64,000 nt of DNA from Carcharhinus longimanus (GCA_030264375.1 JASCQW010000190.1:105488429-105552428), one strand, 5' to 3'. Shown: positions 25,601 to 39,174, counted from the stretch's first letter. Notes: generated by a model not told the origin, from the letters alone. Numbers and translations are program-made.

Positions 25601-26169
25601 AGACATCTGGCTTCAAATAATAGACACACCGCTTTACAGGCTCAAAGGAATCAGACTTCCAATCATTTGTTAGATCTATTTGTCACCATACCTCAGTGGT
25701 CTAGGTTCATACTATTGTCTGTAACCAGGCATGCTCTCTCTCAGGTGTGCCTGCCTAGCCTTGGATCTCCTCAAGATGGCAGATGATGTTAAAGCAACCA
25801 CTCCTATTAAGATCCTAAGTTGAGGACAGAAGACATTGTGGGTCCTCACACTTTGATTATAAGGCAGCTGGGGAGAAATAACAATAGAATTAAAGATTGA
25901 AGTGCCAATTAAGGAACGCCAGGTAAGCAAAAAATGGGTGGAAGGTCTCCATGTAATTTTAAAAAGGAAGGGTTTCCTTTCGTAAAAGGGTGAGATTCCA
26001 GACTGTATCTGGCATATTTAAAAAGAAGGAATGCTTTGTTGTAGGCTGGAGCCATTTTTTAAAAAAGCATAAAAGTTCACAGTCTCCAGTGTAGAAAAGG
26101 GTGTACTGGGAAGACAGTAAACAAAATATACTGAGCAGTCTTGAGTCACTAGTGCCTGCAAGATAAATG

Positions 26170-28570
26170 ACAAGTCAATTAGGACCCATGAGCCCATTCA
26201 GTTAAGAAAATAAATCTTGGAGTTCTTATGCAAAGCATTTTTATAACTTTATAGAAACAAATAAAATTGCAAATGAGTTTCTCGTATCAGTTTTTCTCAT
26301 TACAGTAGAAAGTAAAACTTTCAATTTGCTCTGAAGCTTTGTTCATCTAGCAAAGCCAATAACTAAAACTTACTAANNNNNNNNNNNNNNNNNNNNNNNN
26401 NNNNNNNNNNNNNNNNNNNNNNNNNNNNNNGAACGATTCAGGGTCCACCAAAGGAATCAAGTGGAAGGTGAAAGCATTGCTCATTTTGTGGCCACCAAAA
26501 GAAGGCTGGCACAATACTGTGAATTTAGTGAGTCGTTAGAGGATACTGTTCAAGATCGCCTGGTTTGTGATCTCCAAAATAAGGCTATCCAAAGATGATT
26601 TCTTACTGAACATGCTTTGACTTTAAAGACAGTGTAGAAATTGTAGTGGCAATGGAACAGGCTGCTGAAGAGGCTTCGTGATTTGATGTAGGAATGAAAA
26701 TTCACAAGTTGGGAAGTGCCCATGCAAAATTGGAATGGCGATAAGTATATCACAGGTGCGCCAAAATGGGCCATTCAGCAAGTGAATGCTGGGGCAAGGG
26801 TAGTCAGTGCAAGAACTGTGGCAAAATGCGTCACATTACAAAATATTATTGCGTTAGACCAGCTTTCCCTAAGAAGAATATTCAGAAGAAGAATCTGAGT
26901 AGCTTCAAGAAGAACAAGTTGCATTCTACAAAAAGAATTTGCAACATGGAAGAAAAAAACAGTAAAGTAGAGAATGTCCAGAAATATGATGAAGAGCTTC
27001 AACATCACTTCTTATCCATACACGGTGAATCGCAAGATTCTGGGTGAGTCTGAAGTTAAGTGCACAATCTATTAGGATCGAGATGGATACTTGTGCTGCT
27101 GTATATTTAATTCCTGAGACTATATACCCCAGTAAAAGCTGAATTGTTTTCCTTTAAAACCAGCTGAAGTGATTTTAAAGACATATACAGAATAGATCAT
27201 GTCATTAAAAGGCTATACATAGAGTTGAGTGGCAAAAAGTGGAGTTGCTTCTCCAATTGATTTGTGGTAACTTTCCAGCTTTATTTGGGAAATCATGGTT
27301 GGAGAAGACAAAGCTTAACGGGATTGCTGTCAAAAGATTGTCGATGTCAAAACAGATCAACAGAACCTTCCAGATAAATGCAAGAGTATATTCGAAGAGA
27401 CACTTAGGCACATAAAGGAAGTTCAAGTGGAATTCAAGATATAGCCTAATAGTCAAGCAAAAAGTTTTAAAGCACAAGCAGTGTCATAAGCAATTCATCC
27501 CAAGGTTGCAAAATAATTAATACAACTTCCAAATGTTGGTGTGTTAGAGCCAGTTACGATGAGTGACTTGGCTACCCCCTTCATACCAGTAAAGAAACCA
27601 AACAGTTCCGTTCACATTTGTGGTAATTTTAAAACAACCATACATTGTGCGCTGATCAATATCCACTCACATTAATTGAAGATTTGTTTACTGGGTTATC
27701 AAGAAATTCAGCAAGATTGATCTTTTACAGGCATATTTGCAGATGAATGTAGCCAAGGAATCGCAACCATTGTTACTCATAAAGGTCTTTTTCATCATGA
27801 AAGATTATCTTTTGGAATAATATCTGCAACAGCCCTATTCCAAAGATTGATGGATCAGATTTTAAATTCTCTTTCTGGCATACAATGTTATCTGGTTGAT
27901 ATTCTAATTGCAGGGTCCAGAGATCAAAAGCACTTGAATAATTTGGAAGTAACATTGGAATGTCTTCAAGCGCATGGTCTTGGTATCAGGAAACAAATTA
28001 TGAAGTTTTCCAAATGTCAATCCAATATTTGGGTCATGTTATTGATAATAAGTGCTACATAAGACACCTAAAATGATGGCTGCTAATTTAGAAGCACCAC
28101 TTCCGGTGAATGAAACATAATTAAGGCCCTTTCTTATAGTAGTAAATGATAAAGGCAAATTCGTTCCTAACTTATCTACATTATGTAAGCTTTTGCATAA
28201 TTGATCATGTGTGAAACAGTAATAGGATTGGCCAATGGAGTGTGAGAAAGCGTAGAAGGATGTCAAAGATGCTTTGCAGAAGTCTGAAGTATTGGTTCAC
28301 TTTAATCTGGAGCTACCATTACTGCTTGCTTATGATGTTTCACCATTGGGAGTAGGGGAAGTAGTTTCACATATTATGCCTTCAGGAGAAGGACAACCAA
28401 TAGGTCTTGCTTTGCATACTCTGACTAGTACTGAATTTAATTATGCACAACTAGAAAAAACACTGAGTATCATTTTTGGTGTAAGAAGGTTTGGTCATTA
28501 TTTGTAGGTCANNNNNNNNNNTATTGACTGATCATTGACCATTAACTACCATTTTTGGGCCGTATAAAGA
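26170..28570 (+). mobile_element. Decayed Ty3/Gypsy LTR retrotransposon (gag-protease-RT-RNase H)
   Basis: Gag RNQVEGESIAHFVA...DRLVC; zinc knuckles CAKMGHSASEC/CKNCGKMRH; protease MDTCAAV; RT FSKIDLLQAYLQ and YLVDILI (YxDD); RNase H LAYDVSPLGVG, NYAQLEK. Many stops and frameshifts. Confidence 0.9.
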
Positions 28571-28774
28571 CTGACTAATTATTGTTATCTCAAAATGATT
28601 TTTCAGAATCATCTCCAGAAGTACCAACTTCGTTAGTCTCTTGTATGTGAATGGTACGATGGAAAACTTAGTCGAATCTGAGTTGCTTGATGATTGTGAC
28701 TATGCTACAATACGATGTGAGAATGAAACGCACAATCGTACAACCACTAACATAATTAGGACATTAACAAGTTG

Positions 28775-29060
28775 GCCTTACAATGTGGCTCACTTACACA
28801 TGCTAGAAGTTACATATATTCACACACAGAGCATGTCTTCTGCAAACAGAAAGAATATGTCCATGTACTACTCCTTTTTCAACGAAACAAAAGCTTGGGG
28901 GACAACCATTCACTGGTTCTTTCCCAGAGCAATGCCTTGTCTAATTAGAGTTGACTTGCCTTGCTTTGAATTTAAACAAAAACTTTGAAATTGATTGTTG
29001 CCTGTGCATTCTCCATGGTAATACCTCTACCAATCACGGTCCTCTTGCCAACCAATTAAC
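28775..29060 (+). mobile_element. Penelope family C 3' fragment
   Basis: NVAHLHMLEVTYIHTQ and downstream UTR homologous to 21000-21300. Confidence 0.7.
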
Positions 29061-30944
29061 AAAGTCTTTGCATGTAACATAATTGTTGTTCCCTTTGAAA
29101 TTTGGCATTCTTGTGATTGTCTTGATAGATGAAAAGCATTTCTCTTCTCTTCAGCAATATTCTGAAACTCAGTGTTAAATTATTTGAAAAATTTTTGTCG
29201 GACATTTTAAATAAAGCATTCCAAACTTTTACTTTGTCTGTCCTGAGGCTTTCCTGCTCTCTCCTTCTTCTCACTTTTGTTTTCATTTATATTCAATATT
29301 TTCAATTTTGGATTGTATTGTTTGTTACCTTTAATTCCTATTTTACTTCATAAGGTTAAATGGTTAAATTAACTCATAATCTGCAAGGAATAGACTGTGG
29401 CTAACATCTTCCATAGCTGGTGAAATTCACCATTTTGCCTCATTTATTTCCATAAGTGAAAGTTGCTTTGTGTGAATTTAAATGGCACAGCACCCTCTTC
29501 AGGACATCTGAAACTTATTGAACAGGACAAGCAATTGTACATCTCCTTAATCAATTATTGAAGAATTGTTTATGAATTGCGTGGAGTCGGAAATACGAAG
29601 TATAAGCCAGAATAATTAATTCAATGTTAACCCAGGAGCAGAAAACAAAATAAAGAAAGGAAAAGAAAAAATTGGACTGAGTGTAATAGAAGAGACAGAA
29701 AGAAAAGGTTTTCCATTTACTTGATATTAAATCAACGTCCAAAAACAGAAGAAATGAGGCGCCACATTTGTATTCTATTTTCAGCGCCAGAGGGGTTGCT
29801 CAGCTGTAATTAAGATTTATCATGATATTTAAAAATGTCCTCAGATTGAAATGAACAATTTCTAACTTGGTGCTTCCCAAGCGCTTTCCCAGTGTAATTC
29901 CATTTTAATTTCTGACACTATTTGTGACCCCAAAGTGAATATTGCAGGGAGTGGGGAGAGGGATTGAGAGTTGTTGAGACTGGAGGGTTGGAACATTGCT
30001 GCATAGTTGTATTGATATTTATAGGAGGATACCATGTGTAGTCTGCCCATCATTTCCCTGCCAGTGCCAGTTACCTGAAGGAATGGAGAGGGCAAAATAA
30101 TTCCCACTGTTCCTCCCTATTAACTTCCTCAATCCTCTTGTTTCTGAACAGAATGATAACCCATAAAGCATTTAAACAGTCTCTGATGGACTGGGAGCAG
30201 GAACTGCCTATACGAATAGATTTCATCCAGCAAGGAAATTGATTGGAGCAGCCAGTTCAATGTACGATTCAATTATTGGCTGAACATAGTAGGTCTAATG
30301 TGACCACATTCCAAAAAAAGTAATTTGTGGGCAGCACAAAGAGCTATATCCTATCAAAAGAGAACAAGGTTATTTCAACAGCACTTAAAAGCTTAGAATG
30401 ACTCTCACTTATGTATAAACTAAGAATTAGAGTAAGCTTTGGGCTCAGCAGATTTTTATTCCTGAATTCAGCATCAGTCTCTCCCAGATCAGGTACAGCC
30501 CAGCAAACAATACGGGGGATCTCTACTTATAAGCCTCTGTCACAGTCCCAAAAGAAAATTTTATTTTACCATTTTAATGTAAATTGTGCAACTTCCCACA
30601 CCAGCCATCATTCTGGCTATTCAGAAATTGGCTACTCAGTGTCAATTTATGCTGAATTTGAAGTAGTGTTGTGCTGTGGGTTGTACCCATAATGAAACAC
30701 GAGAAGACAATACAAACTCATTTCACATTAACATGCTTCCAACTGGCAAAAGAAGGGCATTTTAATTCACAAAGCTGAACTAAGTTTATGATCCTAGACT
30801 CGGAACTGAGACTGCTGTGGGCTAACTCATTTTTATTGAAATATTCCAGATTTTCTCAATTTATTGTCAGGTTATACATATGAGAAGTAAAATAGGTCTA
30901 TCTTGAAAGAGGCTGATAGTGAAGCGTGTTGAATTTTAGTTTTG

Positions 30945-31340
30945 AATGATGTCTGAAGTTTAGAAGACTGAAAGATGATCTTATTGAAATTTACAAAGTT
31001 CTTATAGATGTGACACAGTGCATGTTAAAAGATTGTTTCCCTTAGCAGCAGCTAGAACTCTGGGTTCTCATCTCAATATAAGGGGACAGCCATTTAGGAT
31101 GGAGATGAGTAGAAATTTCTTCAGGCAAAGGTTTGTGAACCTTTGGGATTCTCTATCCCAGAGACTTGTGCATATTCAGTATTTGTGCATATCCAAAACA
31201 CAGATTGATAGATTTTTGGACTCACAGAAAAATCAGGGGAATAGGCAGGAAGTGGAGCTGATGTAACGGTTCAACCACAATCTCACTAAATAACAGAGCA
31301 GCGTTTAGGGGTCACTTACTCCTGCTCATATTTCTTATTT
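30945..31340 (+). mobile_element. CR1 LINE 3' end
   Basis: RNFFRQRFVNLWDSL. Confidence 0.85.
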
Positions 31341-31504
31341 TACTATTTAAAATCAGATGCCCATTCACTCCTTGTACTTTTCATGTTCCTGGAGACAAAA
31401 CATTTTAATTCCAAAGATTTTTCCCTTCTTTTTGCAACAGATCACTGTGTTAACCTTTGTGAGATCTGATATGAAACACATTTTAACCCCTTTCCTATGT
31501 GTAG

Positions 31505-31897
31505 GGGGTGATTTTCCCCAAAGAAACTAACTGTTCAATGGGCAGGAAATGGGAGGTTTTCCCACATGTATTTTGGGCATACTTAGTGAGATGGATTTCT
31601 GGCAGTCTGAGCTTCACAGAGTTCACCGGGGGATTAACACTGGGGGCCCTAAACTCACCCGAGAAGCCACCATCAGCATGCTGAGTTAGCCATTGTGCTT
31701 GTGACAATCTGTCAGTAGTGAGTTTGGCACATGCATACTGGCCCTCCCATCAATTGCTTCCCGATCACTGGCTTTCCTGAACTGCACAATCGCTGGTCTC
31801 GTGAACTCTCCTGATCGCCAGTCTCAGTGAACCCCTGTTCACCAGCTTCCCTCCCCTCCCCATGGCCAGCCCCAAACCTCCCCCCATGGTCCGCCCC
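31505..31897. mobile_element. MITE-like element left part, cut at a 100-N gap
   Basis: Starts ggggtgattttcccc. Confidence 0.5.
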
Positions 31898-33162
31898 NNN
31901 NNNNNNNNNNNNNNNNNNNNNNNNNNNNNNNNNNNNNNNNNNNNNNNNNNNNNNNNNNNNNNNNNNNNNNNNNNNNNNNNNNNNNNNNNNNNNNNNNATA
32001 ATGAACATCTGCAGAACGATTTTTACTCAAGATGCAATATTGTAGACGTTTTTGAGAAGATTGGATCAATTTGTAGAGCTGTACATGCAGGTTTTAAAAG
32101 GGTAATCTCTGCACCTTTCTGCATGAATGAGCTGCTTGGAATGACATGAATGTCTCAGGACTGTTCCCAAGAACCTAAATTATCCGTAATCCACACAAAG
32201 AAAAAACAATTCCCAAACTATTGTGCATGGTGTATTCACTCTATTGCCAGAATTTAGTTTATATTATTTAATTGGAAAGATTTCACTGAGTCTTGAACTT
32301 TCATCAAAAACTCGTGGGTGAGTGATGTCACTGAATAATTTAATCCCTTACAGAAGCGTAGTGCTTTTTTTCTGCCTTGACATGTTTTGAAATCTGGCAA
32401 TGTTCACTGAATCAACTGTAATATCATAAAATAGCTGTGTGGGGACTGTGACAATATAATTCATTACCATTCGAATGGAAAAAAATACAAATCACCTCAA
32501 CTGTTATTGATATGAAACAAATGTTTAATACACTTTAGTTCCTATTCCTGAAGTTCACTGTGTTTAAACTTTGCAGAAGAGGATTTTGTGGGATTACAGT
32601 AATGAGTGTTTCAGCTGCTTGCAATTCAGTCAGCTATAATACTAAGTGCTATGTCATGGGTACTTGGTTACAGCCACACACACACACAGGTGCCAAAACT
32701 GTTGCGCTTTATCTACTGAAGTAAGATGTTTTTAATCCTTTAAGGTCTGAAAATGAGAACTTTCATTTAATATATAGGGCTGGATTTTACAGCCTCACTA
32801 GGACATGATCATAAAATCCTGCCTGAGGCCAACGGAGATTTCTGTTTTGGGATCCTCCAATTGCAGGGCGGAGCGAGGTGGTAGGATTTCAGCCACAGCG
32901 CCTTATTACTTCACTCAAATCACTTCAAGGCACTGCATATAATGAATTATGTTGGAAATACAGCAGTTGTTATTTTCTTATTCATTCACAGATGCGAGAG
33001 TCACTAGTGGAGATCTGTTATCCATCCTTAATTGCCTTTGAGATGAGCCCCCTTCTTGAACTGCTGCTGTCTATGTGGTCTCGGTACACCCACAGTGCTA
33101 TAAGGAAGATTTTTGAACCAGCCACAGTGAAGGATTGGTGATATAGCTCCAAGTCAGACTGG

Positions 33163-33458
33163 GGGCATGGTGGCACAGTGGTTAGCATGACTGCCTCATA
33201 GCGCCAGTGACCCATGTTTGATTCCCAGCTTGGGCTACTGTATGTGTGGAGTGTGCATGTTCTCCCTGTGTCAGCGTGGGTTTTCTCCGGGTACTCTGGT
33301 TACCTCCCATAGTCTGAAATTCACAATCTGAATCGTTGACTCCTTGGTTAGGTGCATGGACCTGAACAGGCGCCAGAGTGTTGTGACTAGGGGAATTTCA
33401 CAGTAACTTCATTGCAGTGTTAGTGTAAACCTTACCTGTGACTAATAAATAAACTTTA
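33163..33458 (+). mobile_element. V-SINE with alternative tail
   Basis: Same head and V-domain, tail cacagtaacttcattgcagtgtt...gactaataaataaacttt. Confidence 0.85.
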
Positions 33459-33801
33459 CTGGTGAGTGTCTTAGAGGGGAACTTGCAGGCAGTGATGTTC
33501 CCATCTTACTTCTTGTTGGTAAGGTTACTATTTGGAAGGTGCTGTCATCGGGGGCTTGACAAATTGTGTCTGAGTATCTTACAGATGGTACATACTGCTG
33601 ACTGGTGGAGGAGGAAAAGAATGTTTAAGATGGTGGTTATGTAGTCAATAAAGCAGGAATGATGCTCTCAGGTGTTTAAGGGGTTAATGTTGGCAGGATA
33701 CTAAGAGAATCCTTGATCCTTTTCTGAATAATGATATAAAATCCTGAATATTCACCTGTAATCACAACTGAAACTTTAGTCAGTGTTTTATTCAAATGAA
33801 T

Positions 33802-34087
33802 GGGCAGCACAGTGGCACAGCAGTTATCAACTCCTGACTTGGGTCACTGTCTGAGCGAAGTTTGCACATTCTCCTTGTGTCTGAGTGGATTTCCTCCGTG
33901 TGCTCCAGTTTCCTTCCATAGTCCAAAGATGTGCAGGTTAGGTGCATTGGCCATGCTAACTTGCCCCCTAATGTCCCTGGATGCGTAGGTTAGAAGGATT
34001 AGCAGGGTAAATACGTGGGGTTACATGATAGGGCCTAGATGGGATTGTTGCCGGTGCAGACTCAATGGGCGAATGGCTTCCTTCTGC
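33802..34087 (+). mobile_element. HE1-type V-SINE, tail cut by the Penelope insertion
   Basis: Ends ...gaatggcttccttctgc at the Penelope junction. Confidence 0.85.
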
Positions 34088-34973
34088 ATGATGTGGAGAT
34101 GCTGACATTAGACTGGAGTAAACACAGTAAGAAGTCTCACAACACTAGGTTCAAGTCTGACTGGTTTATTTGGTAGCAAACGCCTCTCGCTTTCGGAGCG
34201 CTGTTCCTTCGTGAGGTGAGTGGGGAGTTCTGATCACAAACAGGACATAGAAAGACACACACTCAGTTTACAGAATACTGATTAGAATGCAGACTATCTG
34301 AGTGGAGATAGCATTAAGCATATGTTAAAGAGATGTGTATTGTCCCCAGACAGGACAATGAGATGTTGCAAGCCCAGGCAAGTCATGGGGGTTACAAATA
34401 GCCTGACATGAACCTAAGATCCGGGTTGAGGCCATCATCATGTGTGCAGAACTTTGCTATCAGTTTCTGCTCAGCGACTCTGCGCTGTCGTGTGTCATGA
34501 AGGCCACCTTGGAGAGCGTTTATCCAAAGATCAAAGGCCAAATGCCCGTGACCGTTGAAGTGTTCACCAACAGGAAGAGAACAGTCTTGCCTGGTGATTG
34601 TCGAGCAGTGTTCTTTCATCCGTTGTTGTAGCGTCTGCATGGTCTCCCCAATGTACCATGCCTTGGGACATCCTTTCCTGCAGCGTATCAGATAGACAAC
34701 GTTGGCCGAGTCGCAAGAGTGTGTACTGTATACCTGGTGGATGGCGTTCTCACGTGAGAACACTCGGGGCTGTTCGCATTCCAACCATTATCCTGTAAAT
34801 TGAGTTTGTGTCTTTACATGCCCTGTTTGTGAACACAAGTCCTCATTCACCTGAAGAAGGAGCTTGAGGCTCCAAAAGCTAATGCTGCCAAATAAACCTG
34901 TTGGACTTTAACCTAGTGTTGTAAGTCTTCTTACTGTGCTTACCCCAGTCCAACACCGGCATCTCCACATCAT
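34088..34973 (-). mobile_element. Penelope family A with inverted terminal copy of its 3' end
   Basis: ORF 34392-34784 SANVVYLIRCRKGCPKAWYIGETMQTLQQRMKEH (GIY-YIG). Ends ATGATGTGGAGATG ... CATCTCCACATCAT are inverted, with a decayed hammerhead in each arm. Confidence 0.9.
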
Positions 34974-35377
34974 ACAGAATTGTACCAGGAGAGGAAGTGT
35001 ACAATCAGAAACAGAGAGTTTCGATGAGCTGTTATGATAAAGGAGCCATATTTGCTTGTGCACTTTGAATTTAGAGTTGTCTCTGTTGTGTCAAGTACCA
35101 AGTGCCTCGCACTACATTCTACAGATCTCCACCACAAATGCCTCCAGGTCAATGATTTTTGGAGCAAGCAGAGGAAAATGTATCACAGAGGTGCAGTGAA
35201 GGCTGAAACATTCACTCACGGTAAACATCCTTCTGTTAGGAGTAGAATCCATGAGATCTGGGTCTCCAGCTGAGGGAGTGAATTCCACGTTTCTGACTAA
35301 CAGCGTTCACTGCTGGAGGTCTGAAAAATAAGTCAGGCTGACAGGCCAGTTACTATCAACAACTTAAAATATTAAAT

Positions 35378-35670
35378 TAAAGTGTATTTTTTAGTCACAA
35401 GTAGGCTAACATTCACACTGTAATGAAGTTACTGTGAAATTCCCCTGGTTGCCACGCTCTGGTGCCTGTTTGGGTACATTGAGGGAGAATTTAACATGGC
35501 CAATGCACCTAACCCACACGTTTTTCGACTGTGGAAGGAAACCGGAGCAACTGGGGGAAACCCATGCAGATACAGGGAGAATGTGCAAACTCCACACAGA
35601 AAGTGACCCAAGCAGGGAATTGAACCCAGGTCCTTGGCGCCGTGAGACAGCAGTGCTAACCACTGTGCCA
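35378..35670 (-). mobile_element. V-SINE with alternative tail
   Basis: Reverse complement of the 33163-type element. Confidence 0.85.
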
Positions 35671-36029
35671 CCCCATCCCCCTCCACTGTGCTGCCAGGTA
35701 TGGGGTGGGGGAGATTCCTGGTCAACCATATGAAAATGGGGAGGCAATGGTCTAGTGGTATTATCGTGGGACTATTAATCCAGAAACTCAGCAAATTATA
35801 GAGAATGCTGCTGAGCACCAACCTAAAAACAGCCGGAGCCCCCACCGCCCCCTTCCCCAAAGATGGACATATGGACAATTTTTAAGTCATCTCGGAGTGT
35901 TTGGGGGGCCCCTCTGCAGGATTGTTGCTGTTGCAAATAAACTTGGACAAGCTGTTTAAATCAAAACGCTGTGTTTTATATAGTTAAACTCCAGGTTAAC
36001 TGGACTTACTGTCGACATGAGTTACGAGT

Positions 36030-36200
36030 GAACATTCCGGGCGCTGCGATGGAGTGAGAGAGGCAGCGAGCAGCGCCTTTAAGAGTCCCTCCCCTTAAGG
36101 TGAAATTGCAAAGTGTCTGGATTTGGAGAATATAAAGTCTCGGTTAGTCGCTGCTCTCACGGGTAACTTGCGATTCAGACTTTCGGACTAGTCGTTTGGA
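36030..36200 (+). promoter_or_regulatory. Candidate promoter/5'UTR of the TNMD/CNMD-like gene
   Basis: Locally CpG-rich non-repeat stretch with TATAAA at 36131-36136, 70 nt upstream of the ATG. Confidence 0.4.
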
Positions 36201-36254
36201 ATGATGGCAGAAAAACCGAGTCAAAATCTTGAGGGCCAGTACTTAATTGCAGAT
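36201..36254 (+). CDS. TNMD: Coding exon 1 of a tenomodulin/chondromodulin (TNMD/CNMD, BRICHOS) family gene
   Basis: ATG-initiated 18 codons MMAEKPSQNLEGQYLIAD, then phase-0 donor gtaaga and a 187-nt intron to an in-frame exon 2. TNMD versus CNMD is not certain. Confidence 0.6.
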
Positions 36255-36441
36255 GTAAGAATTTTTTTTTAGAAAAGAATAATCAATACGACAATTATTT
36301 TTGCTGGAGTTGTGCTTTGAAAAGTTCAGTTTCAATGATTTTTCTCTTGCAGGGGATGCAATTCCACTGCTTAATTATTTTTTAGTTGCTTAAACACTTC
36401 ATGAATACCTGATCAAAGTTATGATTTTGCACACTTTCTAG

Positions 36442-36576
36442 ATCATTGCAGCGAAGGAAAAGCACAATCGTTTCGCGCAACATCTGAAGTTTGGAATATT
36501 GGTGGCTCTGATGGGAGTTCTGCTGCTTTTTGGTTTGTTTGGTGTTCAGTACTACTGGAAGCAGAGGGAGAACAAG
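36442..36576 (+). CDS. TNMD: Coding exon 2 (type II transmembrane anchor) of the TNMD/CNMD-family gene
   Basis: ttctag acceptor, 45 open codons IIAAKEKHNRFAQHLKFGILVALMGVLLLFGLFGVQYYWKQRENK, AAG|gtaagg donor. Pattern LKxG...GxVLLLFGxxGxxYxWK resembles recalled CNMD LKVGAVVLISGAVLLLFGAIGAFYFWK, while exon sizes resemble TNMD. Confidence 0.7.
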
Positions 36577-39174
36577 GTAAGGTGGAGGAGAATCTACACT
36601 AACAGCAAACCTGATGTCTGATTGCTGAGCTAGAGTCCAGTGGGATCTTACTGTGTAAAGTCAGGAGTATCAAATGAACAATGTCCGTCAATGAGGGGGC
36701 AACGCAGTAGAAAAAGGGGGGCATCTTAAGATTCAAGCCGTGATTCTAAGATGGAATTCCAATAAGTGCTGGGAGCACGATGAGAATGATTTTAACAAAT
36801 GTCAGTGACAAGAGTGGCACCAAGGAATGTGTTATCCTGATCCAGAATAATGAAATGCTTTAGCAATACTGAGTCCTAGAGTCCATTCAAGAATAGATAT
36901 ACTTTTTCCTCCATCTTGCCATTGAGTCCAGTAAAATGTCTGCCATACTCAAAATTCCAGGCATCAGCTTTTTTCTAAGGCTGGAAGTTACTGGTTCACT
37001 ATCTGCTGTCTGTCCAGAAGTGATTATTTGAAAACAAAGATATTAATTACATTTTTCAACCCTTCCATCAGCGCAGGATGTCCCAAATCACTTTACAGCC
37101 AATGAATGTGCTTTTCAAGCGTAGTTGCCTTTGGAATGTAGGGATCCTCTGACGTGTTCACCCCACCACCACTACCAGTGAGGAAGGAGAACTTGGTGCT
37201 CAGCCAAAACTCCATTCACTGCAGCGGGACTGGAGAGTCCCAGCCACAGGCGAGGTTCATGAATTACGCTTAACAAACAGCAATTTGACGATGGCTCGAT
37301 AATCTGATTTAGTGGTGTTAGTTGAGAAATAAAGAGTGGACAGGATACTGGGGAGAACTCCCATTTTTTCCAAAGTGTGGGCTAGGATAATTTTTACATC
37401 TGCTCGAGAGACTTTAATGGGCAGGATTATCCGATTCTGCCCACCGGGGCCCACAAATTACCACCCGACAACAACGGACCTCTAAATTGTTTGTTAAATT
37501 TGTCAGTCCCGCCCACGGCGATTAACGTAGCAGACAAGAAGTAGAAAATTTAGCCAAATGTTTAATTGGAAAGGTATCACCTCTGACAGAACCACACATG
37601 GCCTCAGCACTCACTCAGTTACGTGTCAATTAAGATCTTGTGTGTGATTCTTTGAGATTGAAATTGAATCCACGACCTTACAACTCAGGACTGCTGATCC
37701 TAATGGCTAGGGCTTCTGTTAAAATATCAGGTTGAGGATTATTAGGCAATAAGGTTAAACATTCATCCACTAGCACCACTAACATTTCTCTCATCATTAG
37801 TACAGGAAATACACCATGATTTTCATGGAATGTCCATACTGTTGCTCGGAAGGGGTTGGAGGGCATGGGACTGTCCCTCCTACTTAGAAACTTAAATCCA
37901 GAGAGGAGTCTCTTGACAGCGTGAACTATCCCGAAGGCAAAATCCTATAATTATTCATCATAAGATGCTAACTTGCAAATAGTTGAGCTCCCATCAATAC
38001 TGATAGCTATACCTTGTGGAACTGGTGCCAATGCGTCTAAAACAGGAAGCGGTCGGATGTGGAGTTGTGCCACATACTGATTTTACATGGGGCTGGGTTT
38101 TAGCTGCCGACTGGTGAAGAGGGGGTGTCTGGTGGGGCTGTAAACTGTGAAGTGGTGACAGAAGGTGGTAGAGATGCTTCTCTTTCTGGTGCCATGTCAT
38201 TCTATCAGAGAAAGATAGAGGACAGCCTATTGGCCACTTCCCACTGCCATTTACATTTTACCACCAGTGAGTGACCACTTGGTGAACCCTAGTAGCCTTC
38301 TGCAGGCTTGTAGTTGATGGGAATTCCCTCCTAATTGGAAACTATGACCAAGAGAGGGATCTTTTGACAGATTAAGCTGCCCCTAAGGCAAACCTCCCCT
38401 TGCCCACATTCATTCACCTGCCTCTCCCTTCATTCCTCGTACAGGTCTGCCTAACTGGCCCCAGTGACCTCAGACCATACTTAACTGGATAGGACAGTGG
38501 CGTGCTCCCATGGGATATGTCCTCTCTTCCAGGTGCAATGTAATCGAGGCACTAAATTTCTGGACATAGATTTTTTGACACAAGGAAAATATTACAATGA
38601 CCCTTATTGTCATGAGAGGAGCTCACAAGGAATTGAGAAAGTGAGATATTGTTGACTGGGGATGGAATGGGGAAGAGAGAGATCTTCTGCGGTGAATGGA
38701 AAACAGCAATCATTTGAAGATGGTTCCTGTTCCTGAGACGCAAGTCGCTCAAGAATTTTAAAACTCAAAGAATTCTGCAGATGTTATTATAGAACTTGGG
38801 CCTCCTGCCAAAGGCATTAATGACTTGGCAGGTGAATTGATAATGCTAGAACATGGCCAGTTACCGTCCTTTTGTGAGTCAGTGATAAGCTGCAAGGCTC
38901 TCCATCTTTTCCTTGGAAAGAGAATGAGTGTTTTAATTTTCCACTGAGCATTGCCATGTAAATTGGTATTCCTTTCTGATCACTGAAGGGTAAGTCCCTC
39001 TGCTTGAAACACACACTTTGTGTTTTTGCAGCTACAGTTCAAAGGTTTCTGATCAGCAGTAAAATAGTGCGAATGCTGGAAAATCAAAATTAAAAACTGA
39101 AAAGACTGGAATATTCATTGGCTCAAGCAGAGGGAAAAAACACAGTTAACCTTGCGAGTCTGCCACCTTTTATG

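Noticed and set aside
38665-38765. NGEERDLLR*MENSNHLKMVPVPETQVAQEF*N as a decayed TNMD/CNMD exon 3
   Set aside because: Two stops, no convincing splice sites, similarity too weak by eye.
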